A stretch of DNA of 63,802 nt, filler included, from Octopus bimaculoides (taxonomy: Eukaryota): assembly GCF_001194135.2 (NCBI RefSeq). It is 6 parts of 6 records of this genome, joined end to end, with 100 filler letters (N's around TTAATTAATTAA, not from the genome) between each part and the next. Parts side by side here need not be neighbours in the genome. Positions count along the whole stretch, not along the records: positions 11,661 to 29,720 come from NC_069003.1; positions 29,821 to 46,204 come from NC_069005.1; 4 more parts are not named here. The stretch is one strand, 5' to 3'. This document shows, piece after piece, positions 25,340 to 40,351 of the stretch. Every line of letters starts with the position of its first letter. The first letter of the stretch is position 1. The notes under the pieces are model-generated. The model searched no databases. It was not told the DNA's origin and was given only the letters and a program-made list of their open reading frames with translations. Position numbers and translations under genes: made by a program.

Positions 25340-25820
25340 AGACACAGACTGATAATGTGTTACGTAGTTACTCACACAAAATGCGTTCTCGCTTTGATAA
25401 GTGTTACGGTGACAAAACGAAACACGATAAATGTGTTACACGGGCAAACACACAGCTAATGAGACTATGTTACACAAATACACGCGTAAGAAATGGGGGG
25501 TAGAGAGACAGACGAACACGCGCAATAATAGCATGTTGCGTAAACACACACACACCATGTAATGTGTTCACAGAGAAAGACACGCAACGTTAACATATGA
25601 ACACACACACACACAGCTTTGATAAAAATGTGTTAGACAAACACACGGATTTGATATGTACGTGACTATGAAAGACACACACACACACACACAAGCAAAC
25701 TTTGAAGTGTTACACAGCCAAACACATTACGATAACCTATTACATGTCTACACAAATAAACACCCTTTCGTGAAGTATGTTATACAAACACACACTCGTG
25801 ATAATGTGTACATAGTACAA

Positions 25821-25869
<49 letters not shown>

Positions 25870-26510
25870 CACACACAAGTATGCCATTTTAAAATGCGTT
25901 AGACAAACACAAGCAGTGACATGTTACATGCAAACACAGGCACACACTTTGATAATGTGTGTTGCCTAATCATACATATGTGAGAACTTGTACACGGTTA
26001 TTACCTACACGCACACACATACATCGTTATAGAAAGTGTTACACAGCCAATAGCACACACAAACATATACACGCCCACACACACACAAGCACAACACTAT
26101 AGGGTGTGTTACACAGCTAACCTCATACATAAGCACATTGTTATGGAACGTGTTACAGTCAACTACACAAACACATACACAAGCAAACTATTATAATACG
26201 TGTTAGACAGCTACACACACACACACACACACACGCGCTATTAAAGAATATGTTACATAGCCAATAACACACACACATACACATACTCTATTATAGAATG
26301 TGTTACACAGTTAGGCACAAACACACCATGATAGAATGTGTTACCCACCAAACACACACAAACATACGCGGGAAGAAACACACCATTGAAGAATATGTTA
26401 CACAAACAAATCACATCACAGAGCTATCATGCGTTTCACATACAAAAACACACACACCGGATGATACGAATGCGTTACGAGGTGTAAAGCACAACATGAA
26501 TAGAATGTAC
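25340..26510. repeat. Cryptic minisatellite: recurring (GA)TAATGTGTTAC-like core with CA-rich variable spacers
   Basis: About 25 cores at roughly 30-70 bp spacing, e.g. 25351, 25426, 25702, 26030, 26101, 26245, 26295, 26333. Confidence 0.8.
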
Positions 26511-27496
26511 TACAACAACAATAACAAAAAGAAACACAAAACAGCAATAACAACAACAACACATAAGCATTAAAAACTGCACACTTAACTAGTTTGCGTA
26601 ACGATGATTTCTCATCACAAAGCTAGAAAGAAAACGGAGAAGAGAATGTAACGGCGATCCAACACAGAGCTGTGTTGCACCGTTAAGAGAGAGAGAGGGG
26701 GGGTCCATGTGGCCGTTCAGCAAGTGAAAAAAATAGCAGCCAAACTTCACTAAAATTGTACCGTTCAGTCTTGATGAAGGGAAGGGTATATTTAGTCCAT
26801 GTAATTCTAGATGTGACAAATCGATGAGGTGTTTGGTTATGATTGAAATACTTTCCAGAAAAGTTTTGCCGTATTTAGGTTGACCTTGGGTTAAACAACA
26901 AAACTAATAACATATGATAGCAATCGTTAAGAGAGAACTTCTATGTGGTTGTTCCACCTGCTAAAATTAGCCGCTAAACCTCCCTCAAATTGTAGCCTGC
27001 CGCTTTTGAACATTAAGTGATACATTGGTTAATGCAATCACAGAAACACAGGCACATCATCATATATATATATAAACTTATTTCAGTCATTAGACTGCGA
27101 CCATGCTGGGGCAATATGAGGGTAACTGATGAATATTTAGCGACTTTCTATGTGTTTTTTTTTCCGTTTGTTCTTTTTGTACTTCACTATGATTTTTTAA
27201 CATACACACACACACGCGCATACATGCATGCACACATATACACACTGGTTACGCCGCACGCAAACACACAAGAGAAAAAAAACAGCGATAGATGGCCAAG
27301 GCTGGAACGCCGATGACCATAAAGACATGTTCCGTAAGTAGCTGACATAGAGTTAACCAACAACAACAACAACCACCACCACAACAACAACAACAGCAGC
27401 AGTTAAAAAATAATAATAATAAAACTGTAGATGTAACAATACAAAAGCACAGCCTGTATGTTTGTGTTTAAAGATAACAGCAAGCAGCAAACATAC

Positions 27497-27537
27497 ACAC
27501 TGCTTAGAATGTGTGAAGCAAAAACAAGTATGGCCAT
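27497..27537 (-). CDS. Candidate first coding exon of a minus-strand gene (MAILVFASHILSS-V, signal-peptide-like)
   Basis: AAAAAAATGGCC start about 100 bp from the 27.6 kb motif cluster; GT|GTATGT donor; phase 2. Confidence 0.3.
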
Positions 27538-27635
27538 TTTTTTCTTCGTTTTCCTTCTCTTTTTTCCGTTTGTTTTCTTTTTCTTTTTTCTCCACAGATT
27601 ATTAGGAGAGACAGCGTGTTGTAGTTGCATAGGAG

Positions 27636-27681
27636 GTCGCTAAAATGGCGGCTAAACGCCAGGCACGTGACTGACGTAAGT
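27636..27681. promoter_or_regulatory. Promoter-like motif cluster: YY1 site, E-box (CACGTGAC), CRE-like site
   Basis: AAAATGGCGGC at 27642-27652, CACGTGAC at 27664-27671 and TGACGTAA at 27672-27679, packed within 40 bp of unique, CpG-retaining sequence. Confidence 0.6.
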
Positions 27682-27799
27682 GTCAGCGCTAGGTGCCAGC
27701 CTGCTCTGGAGGACTGTTGTGTGTTGTTGTAGAGAAAGAGAGCTGTAGTAGCAGTCGTAGGTCTTGGAGTCTTAACAGATTTCACCACGTAACCTGTAG

Positions 27800-29720
<1,921 letters not shown>

Positions 29721-30160
29721 NNNNNNNNNNNNNNNNNNNNNNNNNNNNNNNNNNNNNNNNNNNNTTAATTAATTAANNNNNNNNNNNNNNNNNNNNNNNN
29801 NNNNNNNNNNNNNNNNNNNNTTTACATATATATATATTATGAAGTGATTATGATTAAAAGAATATTTGCATGTATATGTGCATGTGTGTGTGTATTCATA
29901 TATATATATATATATATATGAATTGGTAAATACTTCTGTTTACAGTTGGAGGCAGTAATGCTTTTTTCTTTGAACAGAGAAATTTAAATGTGTGTAATTT
30001 TATTCAGAAGCCAAAGCTTCTTGAATGCTAAATCTTTGTTTCATGTTGCCAACTTGTTCCAAGGATTTCCAAATGTTCAAAAATGTAATGTGAAACTCTG
30101 AGTTAGAAGTCAAGGTGTTTCAGCTTATAACAGAATAGAACTATGCACTCATACACACAT

Positions 30161-30194
<34 letters not shown>

Positions 30195-31559
30195 GTATGC
30201 ACATACATGCATGCGTGTATGTGCATACTGACAAATATTAAATGCATACAAAGGTTACATACACAATAAAAAATGCAAGAGTTTAAAAACAAAAGCCTTA
30301 TACAAAAAAAAATAATAACAATAATAATAATTGCCCCTAAAAAGGGTAGTTGTTTTGTTTGGATATTTTTCTTGTTTGTTTGTTTGTTTTTTTCTTTTTG
30401 TTTTGTAGATTTATTTAGTCGGTCCTGGAGTTGGAATTATATTATATCATATTATACTATACTATATTATATTATATTTCAAAAATAAAATTAATATGGT
30501 TTTTACATATCTTTTGTTTGTAGTGAATTATTCTTAACTTGCTGGAAAAAAAAATTATGATGAATGAAAATATAATTTAACAAGGTAAAAAATTTGATTC
30601 CCAACAGCTATTTTCTCTGCAAAAATTGCTGAACTCTTTGGTTTTGGAGATTTGCAATCTGCATGGTTATCTCAATAGTGCTAGTTGCATGAAAAAGCAC
30701 CCAGTATGTACTGTAAAGTGATTGGCATTAAGAAGAGCATCCAGCTACAGAAACCATGTCAAAGCAAACACTCGAACACAATGCAGTCCTTGGACACATT
30801 GGATCTTTGTCAAACCATCCAATCCATGAAACATGGACAATAAATGGTGATGATGATATAGTGTCTTTCACAGCTGATTGTGTTTTCACACTTGTCAATT
30901 CGTAGAAATTTCTCCAGGGATTACTTAAATGTGTTGGATGTGACTTTATACGAATATATTTTACTCAACACTACTTTGTGTGGCTTTATGTATTCAATGC
31001 TAGCTTGACAAAACTTCATGCACATCAGTATATGCACCTTAAGCTATTATAATATATAAATGAATTTATTCTTACTGGGCTGTGAATGACGGATTTGTTT
31101 TTCTTAGTTGACAATGCAAAACAACATAGAAAGGCATGCATCTTATTCACAGCCCAATGTTTTTTCATACATGTTGTTGAGGAGAATTTTCTCCTGGCAC
31201 TATTTGCACAATGGAAAGTTTTCCACATTTGGGTGTGCTTGAGCATGTAAATACAATGAGTGTGTATACACACTCACACACACACACTTTGTGGATTAGC
31301 TATGCTATTGATAATTTTATCCAAAATGGACTCAGTTACTGACATCCTAAAGTGGAATGGTTGAAAAATTGTGAATTTTTACCCACATGAAACCAGCACT
31401 GTTGATCCACGCATAAAGAATATTTATCCACCAAATGTAGTTTTAATCACTCATTCTCATTGTTCAATTCTATCTCTTTGTCTCTTTATCTCTCTGTCTG
31501 CTTGTCTCTGTTTATCTGCCTATCCATGTATCCGCCTGCCTGATCCCTACATACCTTGG

Positions 31560-34500
31560 TCATAGGGTCACAAAAATCAAAATCAAAGATGTGTCCCCTG
31601 AGATACAAATATAAGGGCTTGTGTCTGCCATTTGTTATGATATTGAGGAGGCAATCCACATTTTAGAAATTGCTGTCCTAGACCAGCAAAATTGGATTGC
31701 CCAAGGAGTAGAAATCCTTGCTCAAGTTGATCCAATCAGTATTGAAATGATTCCACATCTCATCAAACTGGCAGATGGTTCGAAATTACATGAGGCCGTT
31801 GAAGGCAGAAAGCCACATTGCTATGTTTGTGGTAGCAAACCACATTTAGAAATTAATTGCCCATTAGCACAGAAACAACAACAAGTAAACCAAAAACCAA
31901 GAAAAAAACCAGCACTGCTACCCACACCACCGTATGCACAACTGATAAAACAGCTCTGCCAGCAAATGAAAGAACATCAGCAACCAACAAGCCAGCCCAA
32001 CTAAATGGCACCACCAAGAACAGAAGCAACACCATCACCATCAACAACTCCAAAGGAAGAAGAGAAAAACAAAAGGACTCATACTCCACCCTCCAAAACC
32101 CATATACCACACACCAACCAACACCAACAACAAAATCAACATTAATACACTCATAAATAGACCCCAACACCCTTCCCCTCCCACAAAGGATTGGTAAGTG
32201 GCCACAGGATGAAGCAGAAAAAGGGGAACAAAAGAATAGAGAAACAGACAAATAAAGCAAGAAGGTTTACCACTCCTGAAACCGAAACACCAGCAGAAAA
32301 CAAAAGCATTAACACAAACACACAAACACCAAATGGCCCCACAATGTTGACAGCTATAAACACTAACAATTCAGACCGAATGGAATACATTCGGTCAAAC
32401 ACCAACATAACAGAAAACGATATCAAAACAAATAATCACCCATGCACAACACCACCACAACACATTAAAACCATACACAGAACACAGAACACACACAACA
32501 CACTGAAATCTCTCTACCCGGATGCAGTAGGGAGATTTCAAAAATACCTGTCTAAAAAACTGTACAAAAACCTTCTGGGAGAAGACTGAGGTGAAGGACA
32601 AACAACTTTCAAACACTAAGTGACTCTCTCTCTCTCTCTCTCTTGTGTGTAAAACACAACTTTTGATAGGAACATGCTCAGAATAGGTTTTATAAATGTA
32701 CATGGCTTGGGGTTGCCTTGGAAACAAGGCTACCTGTTAAATGACATCAAGTCACAGAATGTGCTTATCATAGCCATCAGTGAGACCAGACTCCACAACC
32801 CACAGGCCTTCCAGCACATGTTCGGCAGACATTTTGACATTTATTTTTCTCCATGTCTTCTTCAGAAGGGTATGGACCTCAAGTAAGAGCAATATTCCTA
32901 AACCCAGAGGGTAGGCTGGTTGTCTTGGATGTCGATGGCAGTAATGGGTCTGCTTTTCGACTGATAACAGTTTATGCACTCTCCTTAACAGGTTAGCCAG
33001 ATTTCTTTTGACGTCTAGAGGTTTTCCTGGGAACGTCTCAACCTTTACTTTTAGNNNNNNNNNNGAATGCTACCTTGGACATGCATCTAGACTACCTGGT
33101 AGAGATAGTAATAGGAGGGAAAGATCTGCTCAGATGTTTCCAACTGTCTGACAGGTACCGACTGGACCACCTGAATGTTCCAACGTGGACATGGTGCAAC
33201 CACATCAGGTTGTCCAGATCATATTTAAATAGAGTATTCTGTAGGACAGTGGATAGGGACAGTGTAGATTGTCCACAATTCCATATAGTTAGCTACACGA
33301 ATTACAAATTTGTGACTTGTACGCTTGACTTAGATAAGAGCCACAGGCAGGGTCCTAGTTACTGGAAGCTGAACGCATCATTCACAGCACTCTAGGCTTA
33401 CAGGGACTGGATTAGCACATTAGTTAAAAAAGCATTGACAGGCGCCATCGTCAACAACAGATAGTGGTATGCCCTAGTGAAAGCAATTAAAGCAGAATTG
33501 GTTAGGTATAGTAAGGCCCTAGCATTAGACCGAAATAGAATAGAGGAAGACCTAGTTAAGAAATTAGAGGAGGCACTTAGAGCTGGTATCGCGTCCAACA
33601 TACTGGCGACAAGGTTGGCCCTCGACCAACACTTCAACGCCAAACACGAAGGATGTGTTGTCAGAGTTAGGATGTGTGCTCTGAGGAATGAAGGAGTTGG
33701 AGTCACCCAAGTGGCGGAGGCATAACGAGGCTACAAAGCCACCATTAGGTCTCTGACAGAAGAACAAGAGCGCAAATTACTTGAGCCTGAAAGGATGTGT
33801 GAGGCCTTTCAACAACACTTTGCCTGACTGTTTGGGACAACTGGTGGGTCAGAACGCAGGGTGGACTTTAGCACCTACCTGCATGGCCTGCCACAACTCT
33901 TGACAAGAGAGGTGGAGTGTTGTGAAAGACCCATCACAGCCATAGACATGATTCATGCAATGGCAGGCTGTACAGGATACAAGTTGCCAGGCTTGGATGG
34001 TCTGTCCTACGAACTCTATTGTCACATGCCAGACTTGTTTGGAGGTGTCTTGGCAGTGGTCTACTGCAACTGGCAGCAAAACGGGAGTATCTCCGTTTCT
34101 GTGAAGTGAGGAGCTAAAGAAAGATCCAAACAAGGGGAACGTCATAGATAACTTCAGGCCCATCACTCTGTTCAATGCAGATTTGAAGATTTTGGCCAAG
34201 GTGCTAGCTGAGAGGTTAGCACTTGTCATCGAGAAACTGGTTGACAAGGCACAAACATGCGCTGTGCCAGGTAAGAGTATCCATGACAATCTCCATCTGA
34301 TGCGGTACCTCATAGAGAGGGTAGTTAAGGAACCAGGCATGGGTGGGGTGCTGATCAATTTGGATCAATCAAAAGCTTTTGATAGAGTCAACCATCACTA
34401 CTTGAAGGCTGTCCTTAGAGTGGCTGGTTTCGGTCCCGTTTTATACAGAGGCATCCTCTTGGCAGTTCACGTAAATGGTTATCTGTCCAGACCATTTTAC

Positions 34501-37382
34501 ATTACACGTTCAGTTCATGCCCCCTCTCATTGCTTCTGTATGTATTGACTCTAGAGCCACTACTGCAGAAGCTGGCAATGCTGAGGGGCATCCCATGAGA
34601 AGTGGGATTCAGGAGAAGTGTGTTTGCATACGTGGATGATGTCACCGTGATAGTGTCGAGCCACAGGCACATCGACCTGGTCGGCGAGACACTAAAAGAA
34701 TACGAAGCGGTAACGAGAGTGAAAATTAACCAAGAAAACTCAGTGGGCTTGCGGCTTGGCACCTTGAGAAGCAAGCCCATGCCGTTCAACAGTGTCCCCA
34801 TCATGGAACGATGGACCGACGGACTGGTTAAATTGCTCAGGGTCTGGTTTGGTCTGGAGCTCCAAATGGATAAGAACTGGGACAAGATAACGAGTAGGGT
34901 GGCTACTCTCATCCAGCAATGGGCTGAGAGGAAGCTATCCCCAAAAAGGTCAGGTGGAAGTGGCGAATACATACATTGCATCCATCATCGATTACCGTCT
35001 GACCATCGTGCCTTGTCCCAACCCTACCATCACCAAACTGGAATACATACTCTTCCGTTTCTTGTAGAAGGGAAGCATTCTGATAGTTAGGTGCACCTAC
35101 TAAATGGTGGGCTGGGCATGCCGTGGTTGATGATGCGCAGACATGCGCTGAGTCTACGACATCTCCGGCGCTTCATAGACGACGGTGAACAGGTATGGTC
35201 TCCGTTTGTGAGGAGCGCTTTCCCACAGCTTGTCTCTTTGGCCGAATTGCAGTCATGGATCAAACAGTGACTGAAGCTAGGCGAATGGCACCGTGAGTGC
35301 CGCCTTGCTCTCAAACAACTCTGCTGTCCAGGACCAAACTTGTGCGTCTTCAATTCCACAGAGGTGTTCTATAGAGGATTAGTGGAGGAGAGGTGCGATG
35401 TCGTTCTCGGGGAGAATATGGGCATCGACAAGGAACACCTGATCCACCTGTTCAGGACAACTTTCGGGCCGGGACCTATGGACAATCACCAGAGATCCCT
35501 GGCCTGGCAGTGCTATCTGGAAGCATTGCCCATTCGGGATAAACTCTACAGGCACAGTTTAAGATAAACCAGACTGACTTGCCCGAGATGCGGTCAGAGC
35601 GACGAAACCGTTCTGCATGCACTCATGCAGTGTCCAACAATTTTGGGCCTATGGGATTATGCCAAACGCCTGCTATCATGTGTGGTACGAATTCGGTTGT
35701 CGACTGAGTCTATCGTGAAAATTACCCTCCCGCCTTCCCTTAACCAGGAAGGCAAGGCAGTTTTCATCATACTGGTGGCCATGGTGAAAGAATGTGTGTG
35801 GTGGACTCAAGCGAAAGGTTCAAACACAAACAATTTCCTCTCTGGCCAATCGCTCATCAACTTTTACAAGTACCACTTGAAAAGGAAGGTGAGAATATAG
35901 AGGCAAGTTTTGTCTCATGAATGATTCAATAAAAGGTGCGTGAATGTAGTAAAGATGGTACATGCAAATGACAAACCCACTTTGAGCATGATCCTGTAAA
36001 TCCGAGAGAGAGAGAGAAAGAGAGCACTTTGCTCTCATGTGTCTTTTCCCTCTCTGCCAGAGGTTACCATGGTCTTTCTTGTAGGCTTTTCTTTCCATGG
36101 CTAAACCTAATCTGTTTTTTACATTTTTACTCTTGTAGTCAAACCTCTCTCCCCGGTATTCATTTACAAATGATAACGTAGCGGCTAACATCTAGTCTTT
36201 GTCCGCTTGGACCTTTGTGTCCGTCACCCTGATTGGCTCTTATTTGCGCGGCATTTGTCAACAGTTTTGTTTCACGCCAGGGTGCATACCGTCCAATCGT
36301 GGCCTTCTGATAAGGTCACGTGAGAGAGAGTTTTTCTGCTTTTTCTGGTGAGCCCCTTTTTTTTTATCTATAAATGGCCCTGTTTTATCCACGCCAGTTT
36401 GTCTCGGCTTTAGACCTCTCACAGGTCTAGTCGTAGACCACACACAGAACACAGCTCCAGCTAGTTTCCAGCGACGACGTCACCGCCACCGATCTACTGT
36501 CTACTACAGTTCCGTCGTCAGCACCACCGCCAGAGTACACCAACAGCAGCAACCGCGGTTTCATCTCAACACTGTTTGAGTGGATTGTTTCCACTACGAA
36601 GTTAACAGCCAGAACAANNNNNNNNNNCTGTTTGAGTGGATTGTTTCCACTACGAAGTTAACAGCCAGAACAACCTGCGAGAATCTTCTGTACCAAGTAA
36701 CCGGTCTCCAGCATCGACGCTCAATTTCACACACAACATGTGAGACCACATCTCTGCTATTCGGCCACAACTTCTTGCATACCAACATTTTACCTACTGT
36801 GAAACTCTTCTATGAACTGGTATTTCTCTATGAGTTCCGACGCTTATCGTCACTGTACAGATTCTTATTCTATGCTCTGTATTTCTCACTTACACATACA
36901 CACGCATATTGTTGTATACATACTCTTGTACAAGAAGGCCTGTCTTATATATTGTGTTATTATTATTGCCGCATGCACGCACACACAGACACACAGTTCA
37001 CTATGTTAATAAACCTGCTCTTTATATATATCTAACGGTTGTCTGTCACTCTCTCTTTCCTTTGCTGGCACTTACTCGCATCTCACATTGCGAGTCTTCA
37101 TATGTCATATTATATGTTTTTGTGTTCGACCGTGCGACGCTTGAAAAGGAGCCTTCTCTCGTTCGTTGCCATTTCCTTTGGTTCGCACGGTCGTTCTTTT
37201 ACACACTGTTCTGTGAGACATAATCCTTTTTGATCGGATTTTTTTTTTTTACACGATCCCTTTTGATCAGAATTTTTTTCTTTTTTATTTCTATTTTTTT
37301 TCTATTTTTCTCTTTCGAAAATAACAACTCTACATTGTATTTTGTCCCCTCTGTGTTCCGCCCTGCGTGGCTAATAAAGACA
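31560..37382 (+). mobile_element. Near-full-length decayed Tx1/L1-clade non-LTR retrotransposon (ORF1 zinc knuckle; ORF2 APE-RT-zinc finger; long 3' UTR)
   Basis: ORF1 has CYVCGSKPHLEINCP (CX2CX4HX4C). ORF2 starts MLRIGFINVHGL..IAISETRL (APE, 32674). RT motifs NFRPITL..DLKILAKVLAERL, LDQSKAFDRV and YVDDVTV follow, then CPRCGQSDETVLHALMQCP at about 35580-35635. There are many stops and frameshifts. The 3' end at AATAAAGA (37373-37380) precedes a (TATC)n tract; assigning 36.2-37.3 kb to the 3' UTR is inferred. Confidence 0.92.
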
Positions 37383-37652
37383 GATATCTATCCATCTATC
37401 TAATTATCTAATTATCTCTCTATCTAATTATCTCTCTATCTAATTATCCATCTAATTATCTAATTATCTAATTATCTCTCTATCTAATTATCTAATTATC
37501 CATCTATTTAATTATCTAGCCATCTATTTAATTATCTATCTATCTACCTCTCTACCTACCTACCTACCAATCAATCTATCTATCTACTTACCTACCTACC
37601 TACCTCTCTACCTACCTACCTACCTACCTACCTACCTCTATCTATCTATCTG
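37383..37652. repeat. (TATC)/(CTAATTAT)/(CTAC)n compound tract at the Tx1 3' end
   Basis: Directly visible. Confidence 0.9.
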
Positions 37653-37860
37653 TTGTCCACTGAGTTCCATTAATGACACTTGTGTATAACAATGTTTTTT
37701 TGTTTTTGTTTTTAATGCTCAGTCATTATTAGTAAGCATTCCCCAGTGGATCAAGCACAAATTGAAGGTAGCTTCCTTGGTGCCCAAATGTCGAATGCTT
37801 ACAGCCCTCTCTAACAGTTGGATATCACAGTTTGGTAGAATGTCAATCATTAGCACTTAC

Positions 37861-37975
37861 GTTTTATAGATGTTTAGTGGAATGTAATATGAACAACAGT
37901 GGCCTTTGGGGATAGCCTGGGTCCCTATGAAGGATAATCTGTACAGCTTTTTTCGAAGAACTTTCAGATTCGGAA
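37861..37975 (-). CDS. Candidate exon (PNLKVLRKKLYRLSFIGTQAIPKGHCCSYYIPLNIYK)
   Basis: ATAATTTATAG acceptor, AC|GTAAGT donor; exactly one open frame; apparently unique sequence. Confidence 0.3.
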
Positions 37976-38176
37976 CTATAAATTATAGGTCGCGCGTGCA
38001 ACACAAGGGAAATAACCATTGCAATAGTTCTTAAATGATTACGCCCCTTTATGTAATTCATTTATCCTTTTAGTACCATTTGGTCCAGTATGGAATCTTG
38101 CGTAACGTCTCAGTCATGTTCAACAAATAGGTCTACTATGTCTCTATGTTATTTTATCTGCAGTGGAGTAATCGCT

Positions 38177-39072
38177 GTATACTATATATTATAACTAGTA
38201 TACTAGTTATAGATTGGATTTTGAAGGAAACTACGATTAAAAGCCAAACAGGCATTAAATGGACGGATGCCCAAGCTCTAGAAGATCTCGACTTTGCAGA
38301 TGATATAGCACTACTTTCACAAACATATAGCCAAATGCAAAATTAGAAGCAATAGCTGCCAAACTAGGATCGAAAGTCAACCGCGACAAATCAAAAATTA
38401 TGCTCGTTAATGAAGAAAACAGTGAACATATTAAACTAGAAACCGGTTAACTAGAGGATGTAGCCGAGTTTACGTATTTAGGTAGTAAGATAACGTTCTC
38501 AGGTGGCACCGACGAAGATATTAAGACGAGAATAAGTAAGGCAAGGACCGCTTTCCACCTGTTAAAAAAAGTATGGAGCGCAAGTGTAATTTCAGTAAAG
38601 AACAAAGTAAGAATGTATAACATTAACGTAAAAGCGGTGTTATTGTATGGGGCTGAGACATGGAGAACAGCAGTTAAGTCAAATAAACAAATACAATCAT
38701 TCATCAACAGGTGCTTGCGTAGTATACTTAAAATTAGATGGCCCAAACACATAAGCAATATGTAGCTATGGCAAAGAACAAATCAAGTTTCGATTAGGGA
38801 GCAAATATTTAGGAAAAAGTGGAAGTGGATTGGTAGCACAATTAGAAAGGACACACCAAATGTAGCGAAAAGTGCTTTACAGTGGAATCCGGATGGATAT
38901 AGAAAGAAGGGGTAGGCCTAAGAACTCGTGGCGTAGATCAACACAAAAGGAACTAGAGAAAGAGGGACATTCATGGCAGAGTATAAGTACAGAAGCGAGA
39001 AATTATGCGAAATGGAATTCAATTATAAGTGGCCTATACTCCGTGTTGGAGGGTTAAAGGCAAGAAGAAGAA
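38177..39072 (+). mobile_element. 5'-truncated RTE-clade LINE with 12-bp target-site duplication
   Basis: LEDLDFADDIALLS, VAEFTYLGSKI, VLLYGAETWRT and GRPKNSWRR motifs; (AAG)n tail; GGAGTAATCGCT at 38165-38176 and 39073-39084. Confidence 0.9.
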
Positions 39073-39229
39073 GGAGTAATCGCTAAGATTCAGCATGAAA
39101 CCATTAGTACCACATTAACATCTATTATTCTATATCTAAATCCAATGTAGCCTGTATATACTGGCCCACAGCCCAGTCTCAAGCCTGCTGCAATGTAACA
39201 TATCAGTGACTAGATTGTAATTGACTGCC

Positions 39230-39999
39230 CCTTCCCGCGAAACCGCTGCCACGACGGGCAAAATGCTTAGTGACATTTTGTCCATCTTTCGTTCTGAGTT
39301 CAAATTCTGTCGAGGTCAACTTTGCCTTTCATCCTTTCGGGATCGATGTAATCGACTTATCCCCTCCCCAAAAAATTGTTTCCCTTGTGGTAAAATTTAT
39401 AACTATTGTTATTGTTGTTGTTGTTGTTGTTGATGTTATTTGAAGGCGGTGAGCTGGCAGAATGGTTAGCACGCTGGGCGAAATGCCTAGCAGCATTTCG
39501 TCTGTCTCTATGTTCTGAGTTCAAAATCTGCTGAGGTCGACTTTGCCTTTCATTCTTTGGGAATCGATAAATTAAGTACCAGTGAAACATTAAGGTCGAA
39601 GTTATTGACTAGTCCCCTCCCCCAAAATCTCAGGTCTTGTGCCTTTATTATTGTTGTTGTTGTTGTTGTGTAAGAGAGCAATGCATGCCATCAAAGTGAA
39701 GCCCATTATACCCATGTTTTCAGAGGCGACTTGTTCAAACCCCAAAGAAATCCTCTCAACACATGGCTTTAATGCTCTCCCACTACTTCTGTACATGAGT
39801 AGAGATGCACATATCGTCAGCCACCAAGGGACATGCTCAGCTGGTTAAGTCAAACAACTGACAAGCATATCTGTGGTCTTGAGCAGAATATTTGCTGTAG
39901 GCCATCTTTTTTCCCAAGACAAAACAATGTACATAATAACACTTCCAATCAGTTAAGATGAGAAGCCATGAGAGCCACTGCCTGGTACCGCATCAGGGC

Positions 40000-40068
<69 letters not shown>

Positions 40069-40260
40069 GGAGGTGAGTAGGCAGAATGGTTAGCATGCTG
40101 GGAAAAATGCCTAGTGGCATTTTGGTCTATCTTTATGTTGTGAGTTTGAATTCCGCTAAGATCGATTTTTATCTTTCATCCTTTCTGGGTTAATAAAATG
40201 AGTACCTGTTGAAACCTGGCCCATCCCATCAAACTGCTGGCTTTGTGCCAAAATGTGAAA

Positions 40261-40351
<91 letters not shown>

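Noticed and set aside
25340-26510. CRISPR-like repeat/spacer array
   Set aside because: The genome is eukaryotic, the cores are short and degenerate, the spacers are CA microsatellite, and there are no cas genes.
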